Positions 48,896 to 58,638 are shown, numbered from the stretch's first letter. The stretch is 64,000 nt of DNA from Armatimonadota bacterium (GCA_039811685.1 JBDHZC010000007.1:32001-96000); one strand, 5' to 3'. A program made the numbers and translations. Notes: generated by a model not told the origin, from the letters alone.

Positions 48896-49717
48896 CTAGC
48901 TGCGCTTTCGCAGTCTCAGCAGCCCCAGCCCGCTCATGCCAATGAGTGTGCCCATCTGGAAGAACGCAGGCTCAGGAACCGGCGAATAGGTGAAATCCTG
49001 CCGGTGCGCGTAGTTGGTCAACCCCGCCCGCGGCGCCTGTATCCACTCTGCCTGACCGATGTAGGATTTGTAGTTGGCAGCCTCGCTAACATAGCTGAGC
49101 GCGTCTGCCAGGACTGTCCCACCCGGGTTGGCTGTAAGATAGAAATCGCCAGAGGAGAAATCCGCGGCGAAACCGTCCTGCACGATCTCCCAGATTGCAA
49201 GCTGAACGCGGGCCTGGGTGGCGACTGACGCGCTGAGATATTTGTCCGTGAGGTAGGCCACCGCGCCGGAGCGGTCCTGCTTGTCCTGAGCGCTCAACCC
49301 GCTGGGCTGAGGCGCGTAGTCGTTGGCGTGAAGGGCAGAGGCAAGCCCTGCCCCTTGATACGGCGGGACGCTCTGGCCAACAGGATCGATATAGAAGTAC
49401 TCCGTGTTGCCCTGCGGGACATCCGTCAAGGCAGTGACTCCGGGCGCCGCAACCTTGCCCAGCAGCGCCAGCGTATTGTACCCCTCGTTGTAGTTTACGT
49501 TGTGCTTGAGGTCAACACAGAACAGGCTGACAGCCGTGTTGTTCAGCAGACCATAATAGCCGCCAACAACCGTCTCTCCACGGTTCGTCTGAACGCTGAC
49601 AGAACCAGCGTTGACGCCCACAAACTGAAACGGCGTGAGCTGCGCGTTGGCGACGCCGGTGAAGCCCAGGGATATGGCAGTCGCCGCGACGGCCCATCTC
49701 ATCGTTCTCATAAACAT
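48896..49717 (-). CDS. PEP-CTERM protein D (thioester-domain-like signature)
   Basis: Signal peptide, LFCVDL and QLAIWE motifs, VPEPAFFQMGTLIGMSGLGLLRLRKRS. Confidence 0.9.
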   Translation of the reverse strand: MFMRTMRWAVAATAISLGFTGVANAQLTPFQFVGVNAGSVSVQTNRGETVVGGYYGLLNNTAVSLFCVDLKHNVNYNEGYNTLALLGKVAAPGVTALTDVPQGNTEYFYIDPVGQSVPPYQGAGLASALHANDYAPQPSGLSAQDKQDRSGAVAYLTDKYLSASVATQARVQLAIWEIVQDGFAADFSSGDFYLTANPGGTVLADALSYVSEAANYKSYIGQAEWIQAPRAGLTNYAHRQDFTYSPVPEPAFFQMGTLIGMSGLGLLRLRKRS

Positions 49718-49957
49718 TTCTCCATTTCTAACCTGGTAGAAGACTGCAGCCGGGGCATACAGCGCACAATGTCAAGCGAGCCGCAGTTCTTCATTCACGC
49801 GCGAACGGCACTTGTGACGTCTGCTGTGGATGTTGAAAAACGCGAGTGTCCGCTGACAGGAGATGAACTAACAGGCGCTGATATTCCGCCGAGCAGGACG
49901 CGGAATGTTGATGGCTTGCAGCTCCACCAGAGAGGCGAGATACACTTCTTTATAAAA

Positions 49958-49986
49958 ATGGTACCAGCTAAGCAAGCGAGTGTCAA
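49958..49986 (-). promoter_or_regulatory. Sigma70-like promoter for PEP-CTERM D
   Basis: TTGACA-17bp-TACCAT with a TG extended -10. Confidence 0.7.
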
Positions 49987-50111
49987 GACTCTTGCATCTG
50001 CAAAGAATACCTGTTTTCGCAAACTCGCAGGCTAAAGAGCACGCTGGAGCGGTAAGAAAGATGGGCAAAGCGCAGGCTTTCAGGTCGTCCGCACAACGCC
50101 GGTAGAGTCTC

Positions 50112-50145
50112 AAAGAAACAGCCCCCGGACGTGGTCCGGAGGCTG
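50112..50145 (-). terminator. Terminator after PEP-CTERM E
   Basis: Same stem as D and F, followed by TTTCTTT. Confidence 0.85.
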
Positions 50146-50179
50146 TGCGTGTGTTAGAAAGAGAGCCGAATGAAAGAGA

Positions 50180-50959
50180 TTAGCTGCGCTTGCGCAGTCT
50201 GAGCAGTCCCAGCCCACTCATCCCGATGAGAGCGCCCATCTGGAAGAAGGCGGGTTCGGGGATCGGGTTGGCTTCAAGCGTTACCGTTCCGGCGTAGAAG
50301 TCCATACCCGGCGTGTGGTCATCCGAGTATTTGTACGTGAGCTGGCCGCTAAAGTTGAACGTGTTGGTGTAGCCCCAGCTTGAGAGCGCGGTATCAGGTG
50401 TTGACGGTGTGTACCAGTGGATAAGGCCATCGCTAATCAGCGTTCCAGACATATCTACTTTCCAGACGCCGAGTGATAGATTTGTCAGGTTGGCAAAGTT
50501 GAGAGAGCCAACTGTGCCGCGCAAGACGCTGTTAATGGCGATGTTGTTCGGGTCAGTGACGCCGCTGGCCACCGCGCCGCCCGTATTGCCGTAGTGATTT
50601 ATGGCCCACTGGACGGGGCCCGCATTGGAAACCCCAGGCGCCAGAAAGTCCCAGGCGTTCAGCGTCGGCGGCGCGCCTGTGTTTGTAGGGGCTGGAACGA
50701 TGAGATCGAAACCGAACTGGCCAACGTCGCCAAAAATACCGGCGGCGGTCGGGTTGGTAAAGGTGAACTTGGCGCCGTTCAAAGCAGTGGTGCTGTTGTT
50801 GTACTGCGCCCGGTAATAGGACGTATTGGACTGAACTTCAGGCGTAGCGCTGTTGTAGTAAACGGCAATACCGCCACTGATATCGCCAATGGGTGTACCT
50901 GCGTGAGCAGCGCCGGCAACCAGCGCCACACCCAGAGTAACTGCAAAGATAGCTTTCAT
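50180..50959 (-). CDS. PEP-CTERM protein E (variant tail)
   Basis: MKAIF signal peptide, IPEPAFFQMGALIGMSGLGLLRLRKRS. Confidence 0.92.
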   Translation of the reverse strand: MKAIFAVTLGVALVAGAAHAGTPIGDISGGIAVYYNSATPEVQSNTSYYRAQYNNSTTALNGAKFTFTNPTAAGIFGDVGQFGFDLIVPAPTNTGAPPTLNAWDFLAPGVSNAGPVQWAINHYGNTGGAVASGVTDPNNIAINSVLRGTVGSLNFANLTNLSLGVWKVDMSGTLISDGLIHWYTPSTPDTALSSWGYTNTFNFSGQLTYKYSDDHTPGMDFYAGTVTLEANPIPEPAFFQMGALIGMSGLGLLRLRKRS

Positions 50960-51035
50960 GGTCAGAACCCTTTCCTCTCTTGGCCTTCGGGACCCAGAAC
51001 CACCCGAGATCCCGCATACAGGCCCAACAGTCAAA

Positions 51036-51064
51036 ATGTTACCACGCACTTTAGAGCCTGTCAA
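51036..51064 (-). promoter_or_regulatory. Sigma70-like promoter for PEP-CTERM E
   Basis: TTGACA-17bp-TAACAT with a TG extended -10. Confidence 0.7.
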
Positions 51065-51120
51065 AGGAAGCGGCATAATCTGGTATTTCTACCTACGCGA
51101 AAATCCGCCAGCAGTCAGGC

Positions 51121-51156
51121 AAAAAAAACAGCCCCCGGAGCGTGTCCGGAGGCTGT
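51121..51156 (-). terminator. Terminator after PEP-CTERM F
   Basis: Same stem as D and E, followed by a T8 tract. Confidence 0.88.
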
Positions 51157-51187
51157 AAAAGCTCAAAAATGAGTTAGCGATGAACGG

Positions 51188-51949
51188 TTAGCTGCGCTTG
51201 CGCAGTCTCAGCAGTCCCAGCCCACTCATTCCGATGAGCGCGCCCATCTGGAAGAAGGCGGGTTCGGGGATAGCATCGGCGTAGACGCGAACATTGATGT
51301 CGCTTGATTTGTCCCAGCCGCCGCCTGGAGCGCCTGAATCCCAAGTATTGTTGTAAGAAGGATTATTGGCGCGGAAAACACGAAAAACACCATCGGCGCC
51401 ATCTTGCGGAGAGCCACTGAGAGGCCCGTTAGAAGCGTGATTGAACCATATGTCCTGGTCAATCTGACCATGGACTCCAAACTTATACGTCTGACCCGCG
51501 TTGACGTCCCAGTTCAAGCCGGAAAACGATACCTCCCAAAGCTGGAAGAAGTTGCCACTCTGGGCCTGGTAGCCCTGCCCATTGGCATAGGTCACGCGAG
51601 TGAAAGTGGCGGACGTGCTAATAACGCTCAGCGGTGAACCATCGTCTGCACTTCCAAACAAGGTGACAGACAGGACTTTGGACGGAAGATCCGAATTGGA
51701 ATCAATCCAGGTCGTAATTGTGTCTATCCTATAGGGTCCCGTTCCGCTCAGTGCAAACGTGTCGCCGTAGAATGTATTGCCGTTAGCGTTACCCCAATCC
51801 ACATTGCTCCGGTTGGCTCCAGCTGCACTGTTGAGGTTAGCGGTGGGTAAACCACGGTCAAAGACCAGCGGCGCGGCACTGACAATAGCGCTCGTAGTTG
51901 TCACGCCAACAGCGGCCAGCGCTACTGCCGCCATAAGAAGCTTTTTCAT
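51188..51949 (-). CDS. PEP-CTERM protein F (variant tail)
   Basis: MKKLLM signal peptide (alternative start 51955), IPEPAFFQMGALIGMSGLGLLRLRKRS. Confidence 0.92.
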   Translation of the reverse strand: MKKLLMAAVALAAVGVTTTSAIVSAAPLVFDRGLPTANLNSAAGANRSNVDWGNANGNTFYGDTFALSGTGPYRIDTITTWIDSNSDLPSKVLSVTLFGSADDGSPLSVISTSATFTRVTYANGQGYQAQSGNFFQLWEVSFSGLNWDVNAGQTYKFGVHGQIDQDIWFNHASNGPLSGSPQDGADGVFRVFRANNPSYNNTWDSGAPGGGWDKSSDINVRVYADAIPEPAFFQMGALIGMSGLGLLRLRKRS

Positions 51950-52229
51950 TATCATTCATCCTTTCTGCTTGCCACCGAGCATCCCGGCCCAGGCGCAAAT
52001 CGCTTTCCCAGGGATATTGCAGTGGCGGTATTGAGCTTATCGAGGCCCACGCATAAGGCGACTTCATTGAGAGCCTGGGTTAGCCGCCTTGCAAACCTGA
52101 CCATTGCGAAGCGTTCAGCGCGGAGTCGTCTGTATCTTTGAGTTTTGTCTCAAGATCGAAATCTGAGGTGGTAAAGCTCTGTTGGACGCCCGGACAGAGG
52201 AATTCCCGATATCCGAGCGGCAACAATTT

Positions 52230-52258
52230 AGAATAACACGAATGAGCCTCAGGGTCAA
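52230..52258 (-). promoter_or_regulatory. Sigma70-like promoter for PEP-CTERM F
   Basis: TTGACC-17bp-TATTCT with TG upstream of the -10. Confidence 0.6.
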
Positions 52259-52335
52259 GCGCCTTTAGACAGCCCGACGCCTGCGCTGGCTAAGCAGTTG
52301 TACAACCTGACCGAATCGCTGAGCCAGAGCGTCCG

Positions 52336-53523
52336 TTACTGGTGAAGCACCTGCCGATAGACGCCCAGAGTTTGAGCCGCAGTCTTTTCCCAACTGAAAC
52401 GGGCCGCCTGAGCCAGCGAGCGTTCACCTAGCTCGATCCGCCACTCAGGCGATGTTTGCAGATTGTGGAGGGCCGACGCAACCTGCTCTTCATCGTTGGC
52501 ATTAACCAGCACGCCAGCATCGCCAACAACTTCCGGAAGGGCGGATACGTTGTTCACAACAACCGGGACACCGCAAGCCATTGCCTCCAGCGGAGGGAGA
52601 CCAAACCCTTCATAAGCGCTCAAATAGACGAAAGCAAGAGCTCCACGTATGCAAGCTGCGAGGCTCTCGCGCGGGACAAAGCCAGTAAAGAGCACGGAAT
52701 CCCGCAGACCCAGGCGCTCTACTTGCTCGGTAAGCGATTCGTACATCCACCCCTTAGACCCCGCAATAACCAGATGAGGAAGGGAGCCTGGCTCACCTGC
52801 AATGCGACGGTAGGAAGCATAAGCGCGAAGGAGAAGGCCAATATTCTTGCGAGGCTCCAGAGTCGCGAGGCAAAGGAAGTAGTCTCGCGGCAACTGGAGT
52901 TGGTCTCGAACAGATGTATCGCGGGCAGCCAAGTCTGCGGAACGAGCATCTAAAGGAGAGAACTCCTCACCTGCCGCTAACGGGATGGCGTGCACCCTGG
53001 CGCTATCGGCGCCCAGAAGTCGGATTACATCGTTACGCGTGTTGTCCGAAACTGTGATTACTGCATTTGCGCAGCGAACTGAACGTGCCGTCATTGCTCG
53101 CAGATACCTTCGTTTCGCCGGAAGATGGACGTCGTCGAAGAGGAGAAATGCCAAATCGTGAACTGTAACGACACTTCTAGTTCGCAATAAAGCAGGGGCA
53201 ACATTGACGGGTGAGTGGAGCAGCGCCAACCGGTGACTGTAGAGAGAAAGCATGGTCTGTTCCCAGACTAGTCGCGTGAGTGGGCGGGCTGTCTGGAGCC
53301 GGCTTTGTACGACGTGGAAATTGTCTGCTACAGGCAACAAACCTGCTTTCTGAAGCTTTGAGGCGGACGGGCCCGCGAAAACTGTGAAGCGAAACTCCGA
53401 ATTTAGACGCGCAAACGACCGGAGGAGACGACGTATGTATTCTGATACGCCCGCCGAGCGGTATGTCTCCGTCGCATTGAGTAGATGAGCGTTGAAGCCG
53501 ACGGCCTCAGTCGCGTCACTCAA
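52336..53523 (-). CDS. Glycosyltransferase family 4
   Basis: [35 protein letters not shown]. Confidence 0.93.
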   Translation of the reverse strand: MSDATEAVGFNAHLLNATETYRSAGVSEYIRRLLRSFARLNSEFRFTVFAGPSASKLQKAGLLPVADNFHVVQSRLQTARPLTRLVWEQTMLSLYSHRLALLHSPVNVAPALLRTRSVVTVHDLAFLLFDDVHLPAKRRYLRAMTARSVRCANAVITVSDNTRNDVIRLLGADSARVHAIPLAAGEEFSPLDARSADLAARDTSVRDQLQLPRDYFLCLATLEPRKNIGLLLRAYASYRRIAGEPGSLPHLVIAGSKGWMYESLTEQVERLGLRDSVLFTGFVPRESLAACIRGALAFVYLSAYEGFGLPPLEAMACGVPVVVNNVSALPEVVGDAGVLVNANDEEQVASALHNLQTSPEWRIELGERSLAQAARFSWEKTAAQTLGVYRQVLHQ

Positions 53524-54656
53524 TCTGCCGCTACCCTTCTATAAATGTCAGCCATCCTTTCGGCCACACGTTGCCAGGTGTAGCGCTCATCCACCTGCCT
53601 CTTCCCCTCCTGAGCGAAAGCCGCGCGCTCATCCGCATTCTGGCGCAGACGCTCTATAGCTCTGGCCAGCGCTGGAGGGTCGGCTTCCGGAACAATCAAC
53701 CCACCACCGCCAACCACTTCCGGAATAGCTCCGGAGTCTGAGCCTATGACCGGTACGCCGCATGCGTGAGCTTCAATTATCACGCGACCAAACTGCTCCT
53801 TCCACCTTGCAGTTGTGCGAGAGACAAGCGCCAGAGCGTCCAGCGCGTTCATCACTTCCGGCAGCTCTTCCAGCGGTTTTGCCCCTATCACACGCACACG
53901 CGCTGCTACGTTCAGCTCTCCGGCACGGTGGAGAAGCGTCTCCTGTGCCGGTCCGGAACCGACAAAGAGCATATTTACGTCATCGTCACACAGCGCCAGA
54001 GCCTCCACCATGTCCAGAAGCCCCTTCTCTTCAACCAGGCGACCGATATAACCGACAGTGAAACCCTTCACACTGAGGTTGCTGCGGCACTCATCTGAAT
54101 CGAGCGGCTGGAAAAGAGCGGTATCTACGGCATTCGGGACGACTTCCGCCGGCCCTTTGTACCCTTTCTCCCGGATAATCTCCAGTGCCTCGGAGTTGCG
54201 GCAGACAGCGTAGTCTGCGTGACGCAGCGTATAGCGGCGAAACTGCTCAAACGGAGGTGGCAGGCGCTTGTTGATGTTCTGCTCCGTTTCCGAGATGATT
54301 TTGGCCTGCGGAACCACTCTTGTTCGAAGCCAGCAGGCATGCGCGCTCACCAGCCCCCACGGCTCTTCCCAGAGATCAATGACATCCGGCTGGAATTCCA
54401 GAAGAGTCCTGCGAAGGAAAGGGTAGAAGTGAAGATAACTCTGGGCTGGACCAACCCAGGGGAGGGCCACGTACCCCACATCAAAATGGAACAGAGCGTT
54501 GGCCGGACGCTCAGCCCTACGCCATTTGCCATAGTGCATCCAGCGGCTGGGAACCAGAACCCGGAGTTCGATGTCCGGGATTGCGGCCAGGCAGTGGGCC
54601 TTGGGCTGTCCCTCCGTCCGGGACTGACAGGTATGAGAAATGAGCAGAACTCGCAT
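53520..54656 (-). CDS. Glycosyltransferase family 4
   Basis: GRLVEEKG, EQFGRVIIEAHACGVPVIGSDSG. Overlaps the downstream GT start. Confidence 0.93.
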   Translation of the reverse strand: MRVLLISHTCQSRTEGQPKAHCLAAIPDIELRVLVPSRWMHYGKWRRAERPANALFHFDVGYVALPWVGPAQSYLHFYPFLRRTLLEFQPDVIDLWEEPWGLVSAHACWLRTRVVPQAKIISETEQNINKRLPPPFEQFRRYTLRHADYAVCRNSEALEIIREKGYKGPAEVVPNAVDTALFQPLDSDECRSNLSVKGFTVGYIGRLVEEKGLLDMVEALALCDDDVNMLFVGSGPAQETLLHRAGELNVAARVRVIGAKPLEELPEVMNALDALALVSRTTARWKEQFGRVIIEAHACGVPVIGSDSGAIPEVVGGGGLIVPEADPPALARAIERLRQNADERAAFAQEGKRQVDERYTWQRVAERMADIYRRVAAD

Positions 54657-54944
54657 AGCGAAATGTGATCTCGGCTTCGCGGCATCCGGCCAGATGAGCG
54701 CCAGATACAGCTCAAGCTGTCCAATGATAGTCTCTTTTGGCGGCGTGAGCAAGCGACGCTATGCGCGGATGCGCCGGAGTGGTATAATAGGCTCACTCGC
54801 TCCACTGCAAACTACGAGCGAGAGCACACTTGTCGGGCCTATGAACACAGCTATGACCGCACAAGCAAAAGAACAGATCTCAGGGCGGCGTCCATTGCAA
54901 AGCGCCAGGTCCTGTGCGGCAGAGCCCAGGATGGAGGCAGCCTC

Positions 54945-55136
54945 GTGAGCCCAAAGATCATCTCCTTTGCTATTGGGATAGGTTTCGGCGCGATTGTCTA
55001 TCTGGCCATCGCGTGGGTTGTGACACGACTGCTCAGTCTGCATGACAGAGTGCATGTACAGGACTCGGACGACAGCGAGCGCGGATCATCCGGCAGTGAC
55101 ATGCCCGACACCCACGGCCATGGCGTGCTGCTCTAG
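54945..55136 (+). CDS. Small single-pass membrane protein
   Basis: GGAGG RBS, GTG start, one TM helix, His/Asp-rich tail. TGGTATAAT about 160 bp upstream. Confidence 0.55.
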   Translation: MSPKIISFAIGIGFGAIVYLAIAWVVTRLLSLHDRVHVQDSDDSERGSSGSDMPDTHGHGVLL

Positions 55137-55362
55137 CGGTATGGGCCGGATGGCCTGTAAGCCATGCGCCTCTGACCCTTACACCACCGCAACTCCACAG
55201 GCTACAGCATCTGGACTCCCAGCCTTTCCACACTACGACTGCCGAAGACCTACCCGCTTGTGCCGGCGACTGAGGCTTCGAGGAAAACATCCATTGTTTG
55301 ACGCGGGCGACAAGAATGAATGGGAAAAGAGTCTCCAAAGTCCGGAGTGAGGATAGAGGCGG

Positions 55363-56523
55363 ATGAGGCGTCTAAACGGCATGAGAACGGCAGTCTGTAC
55401 AGCAACCGCAATGACGCTGCTGGCGATTGGAGCGCTGCAAGCGGCGCCGGACGAAAGCGACTACCCGCCCAATCCACCGCGATACTGGCAGCTTTCCGCG
55501 TATATTCTGCCAGGAGATGCGGAAGGCCATTTTGTCCTCAGGCTTGACCGGCACGCTCGCGATCTGTTCAGCTTCACGGTACAGCCGCGAGATATTCGGC
55601 TGCAGGTGCTGGATGGGAGGGGCCGGCCCGCCGATATGGCCGCCGTGATTCAGGCGCCGGCCGACGATCCTCTCCCGCAGACTGTGGACAAATACGGCAG
55701 CCGCTCTGTCACGATTCCGATCGTTGTAACACCAGACCAGGCGCCCGCGGGCATGTATACTCTGCGCGCGCGCACCAGACCTCTGGCTGCAAAAGGCACA
55801 AACAGTGATGAGTTACGGGCTATCTCCACATGGCCCGTCGATCAGAGATTCTACTGGTTGCCGTCGGCAACGGCGGAGCGGACGCTGAAGTTTCTCAGGA
55901 CTAAATACCTCGGAAAGAGAGTGTTTCTCTATCCGGGACTCTCGGTCGAGGTGGTGAGCGACAGCGATGTGCAGGCCCGGTTCAGCCCCGAAGGTCTGAC
56001 AGAAGCGACAATTAAGAACATCTCTCTCAGCGGCGGCCCGCCCCAGATGACAGCGATAGGCGCCACTGACGAGGGTTCCGGCTATATCCGCAGCCGCCTC
56101 TTCACTGTTGAACTGTCCTTCAAGAAACCTCCGGGCTACACGTTCGCCTCATTCTCTGCCACGGGTCCGCCGATAGCTGAGTCGGAACTGCGGGCAGGGC
56201 TGTCTCCTCCTGGAGCCAGATATCTCTGCCACTTTGCCGGTCTCTGGGACTTTGAGCGCTACTTTGCCCTGAAGCACCCGTTTGCGGCTAACTCGAAGTG
56301 GCCGAGATCTGTCCGGCAGGCTATCCGAGACCAGGAGATCCGCAAAGGCATGACGCCCGATCAGGTCGCATGGGCGTATGGATGGCCGGATGAGTTCGGG
56401 ACTGTGAGCGAGATGAGACACTGGACGTCCTGGCGCTACGACAGCGCTCCACCCTTCAGCTTCTGGGTAACATTCGCGCGAGGGCGGGTTGTGAAAGCAG
56501 AGCCAGACGGCACATTGCCGTAG
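55363..56523 (+). CDS. Hypothetical secreted protein
   Basis: Signal-peptide-like N-terminus. C-terminal IRKGMTPDQVAWAYGWP..WRY resembles the BamE/SmpA-like fold. Confidence 0.7.
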   Translation: MRRLNGMRTAVCTATAMTLLAIGALQAAPDESDYPPNPPRYWQLSAYILPGDAEGHFVLRLDRHARDLFSFTVQPRDIRLQVLDGRGRPADMAAVIQAPADDPLPQTVDKYGSRSVTIPIVVTPDQAPAGMYTLRARTRPLAAKGTNSDELRAISTWPVDQRFYWLPSATAERTLKFLRTKYLGKRVFLYPGLSVEVVSDSDVQARFSPEGLTEATIKNISLSGGPPQMTAIGATDEGSGYIRSRLFTVELSFKKPPGYTFASFSATGPPIAESELRAGLSPPGARYLCHFAGLWDFERYFALKHPFAANSKWPRSVRQAIRDQEIRKGMTPDQVAWAYGWPDEFGTVSEMRHWTSWRYDSAPPFSFWVTFARGRVVKAEPDGTLP

Positions 56524-56643
56524 TCTGCTCCACAATAGAGGCCTGAAAACATCGCAGGAGGCTTGCGAGCCAGACAACTCTAAGGAAGTGACAGGGGGCC
56601 AGATATAGCGGAAACGGCAGCATTCCAAGCTAGTATGTGAAGG

Positions 56644-56720
<77 letters not shown>

Positions 56721-56735
56721 CTGCGAAACCACGCC

Positions 56736-56764
56736 ATTATAGCACTGCGGACTGTACCCTGCAA
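56736..56764 (-). promoter_or_regulatory. tRNA promoter
   Basis: TTGCAG-17bp-TATAAT with a GC-rich discriminator. Confidence 0.7.
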
Positions 56765-56851
56765 CGCGCGCAGAGGCCGCGAAAACCTTGAAGTCACGTG
56801 GCGCAAGTCGTGCTTGCTCTGCAGGGATTTCACTTCACTCAGAGACTTGTT

Positions 56852-57601
56852 TCAAACGGATATCCGTCGCAGGATCGTGAAACCACTGGACGTCGGTGTG
56901 TGCTGGATAAGCCAGCCATCACAGTAGTCGGTAAACTTCAGAGTCTCGTCATAGGAGCGGCCAAGAAAGCCCTCGATGGCGGAGAACACCCCGCGGTTAT
57001 CGGTCCCAAGACCAACGCTGCCATCAAGACGGCGGTAAACACGGCGCATGTTGGTGTCGTGGAAGAGAGCGGTTCCCTGCGGCGCCAGATAGGCGAACCA
57101 CTTTTGAATCTCCTGCTGAGTGTGCTCAAATTCGTGGCTGGTATCTATGAACAGGACGTCAATCTGAGCGGGCAGGCCTCTCTGCCGGGCAAAGTCCGCA
57201 AACTGAGCGGCAAACGCCACGTCGTCGGACTGAACAAATATCCAGCCGGGGTCGTCGCTCACGCGCGAACAGTCATTGATGTCCACGCTCAGCAGGCGCG
57301 CTTTTGTCAGATTGGCGGCAGCGAGCAGTATCTGCGTGCTGTGACCGTGCTCTACGCCAAGCTCCACAATCAGCTTTGGACAGGCCGAGACAGCTTCGGC
57401 AAATAGCGCGGGAAGGTGTTCTCCGATTGCAGAGCGGGACGTCGGATAGGTGAGGGCATGCGCAAGCGCCGGGTACGTGACGCCCGGGTTGCGAACGCGC
57501 CTCAGCATGTCGTGCACAGCATTGTACGCTCTCACAAGAACGCGCGCGAGGAGTCCGAACGATTCCCCTTCTGTATGCTGATCTGTGGCGCCCCGTGCCA
57601 T
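56852..57601 (-). CDS. Class I SAM-dependent methyltransferase (Methyltransf_24-like)
   Basis: IVELGVEHGHST, IDVLFIDTSHEFE, LFHDT. Confidence 0.85.
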   Translation of the reverse strand: MARGATDQHTEGESFGLLARVLVRAYNAVHDMLRRVRNPGVTYPALAHALTYPTSRSAIGEHLPALFAEAVSACPKLIVELGVEHGHSTQILLAAANLTKARLLSVDINDCSRVSDDPGWIFVQSDDVAFAAQFADFARQRGLPAQIDVLFIDTSHEFEHTQQEIQKWFAYLAPQGTALFHDTNMRRVYRRLDGSVGLGTDNRGVFSAIEGFLGRSYDETLKFTDYCDGWLIQHTPTSSGFTILRRISV

Positions 57602-57648
57602 ACCAGGCAGCTTCGCCCGGGCAGCGCCTGAATCCTGTGTTGGCGGCG

Positions 57649-58638
57649 TCAGCTCTCCAGACGCGCCATGCCCGCCTCAGCGTACCGATCGCCCGCAACC
57701 TGATCTACAGGTACGGCCGCCTCCAGCGCTTGTACGTCCCCATCTGAGAGCACGATGCCTGCAGCGGCGGCGTTTTCTTCGAGATAGGCAACTCGTTTTG
57801 CGCCCGGTATCGGCACGATATCCTTGCCTCGAGACATTACCCACGCCAGAGCAAGCTGCGCCGCAGTGCAATGTTTCTGCGCAGCCAGGGATTCAATGTG
57901 TTCGACGAGCGCCCTGTTGCGACGGAAATTGTCCCCCTGAAAACGCGGGGAACTGCGACGCCAGTCGGTTTCCGGCAAATCGTCCGGGCTCTTGAAGCGT
58001 CCGGTGAGCATTCCACGCCCGAGCGGACTGTACGCGACGAACCCCACCCCAAGTTCGCGACAGGTCTGGAGAATGTGCTTTTCAGGATCGCGCGTCCAGA
58101 GAGAATACTCTGTCTGAAGCGCAGTGACTGGATGCACACTATGAGCGCGCCGAATAGTTGCGCTGCCAGCTTCCGACAGCCCGATGTAGCGCACCTTGCC
58201 CTCCCGCACAAGCTCCGCCATCGCGCCAACAGTCTCCTCAATGGGCGTGTCCGGATCAACCCTGTGCTGATAGTAAAGGTCAATCGTATCGACACCCAGT
58301 CGGCCAAGCGACTGCTCACACGCAAAACGCACGTAAGCAGCCGACCCATTGACGCCGCTGGAAGTCTGCCAGCGATCATAGAATACATTGCCGAACTTTG
58401 TCGCGAGCATAACTTCATCCCGGTGGCCGCGGAGGAAGCGCCCGACGAAGCGCTCATTTTCACCCTGCCCGTAGGTGTCCGCTGTATCGAAAAATGAGAT
58501 TCCAAGCTCGAGAGCTCTTTCCAGCGTGCGAAGGCTTTCCGCGTCATCCCGGCCTTCGTAGAAAGCGCTCATGCCCATACATCCCAGCCCCAGCGCAGAG
58601 ACCTCCAGGCCCTGATTCCCGAGTTTGCGGCGTTCCAT
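57649..58638 (-). CDS. Aldo/keto reductase
   Basis: [42 protein letters not shown]. Confidence 0.95.
   Translation of the reverse strand: MERRKLGNQGLEVSALGLGCMGMSAFYEGRDDAESLRTLERALELGISFFDTADTYGQGENERFVGRFLRGHRDEVMLATKFGNVFYDRWQTSSGVNGSAAYVRFACEQSLGRLGVDTIDLYYQHRVDPDTPIEETVGAMAELVREGKVRYIGLSEAGSATIRRAHSVHPVTALQTEYSLWTRDPEKHILQTCRELGVGFVAYSPLGRGMLTGRFKSPDDLPETDWRRSSPRFQGDNFRRNRALVEHIESLAAQKHCTAAQLALAWVMSRGKDIVPIPGAKRVAYLEENAAAAGIVLSDGDVQALEAAVPVDQVAGDRYAEAGMARLES

Larger units (their letters stand above)
45987..51271 (-). repeat. Six dispersed 77-bp direct repeats encoding the PEP-CTERM tail (45987-46063, 46894-46970, 47709-47785, 48903-48979, 50187-50263, 51195-51271)
   Basis: Manual alignment: A/B 76/77, B/F 74/77, E/F 74/77 identical. 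GCCCATCTGGAAGAA is invariant in all six. Confidence 0.95.

Noticed and set aside
45987..51271. The 77-bp repeats as a CRISPR array or integron attC sites
   Set aside because: The repeats are in-frame coding sequence about 0.8-1.3 kb apart and are not palindromic like attC. No cas or integrase gene is in the window.
51985..52030. GCCACTG...GGGAAAG resembling a cobalamin riboswitch B12 box
   Set aside because: The correctly spaced upstream core and the downstream AGYCAGRAGACC are missing, and GCCACTG pairs locally in a simple hairpin.
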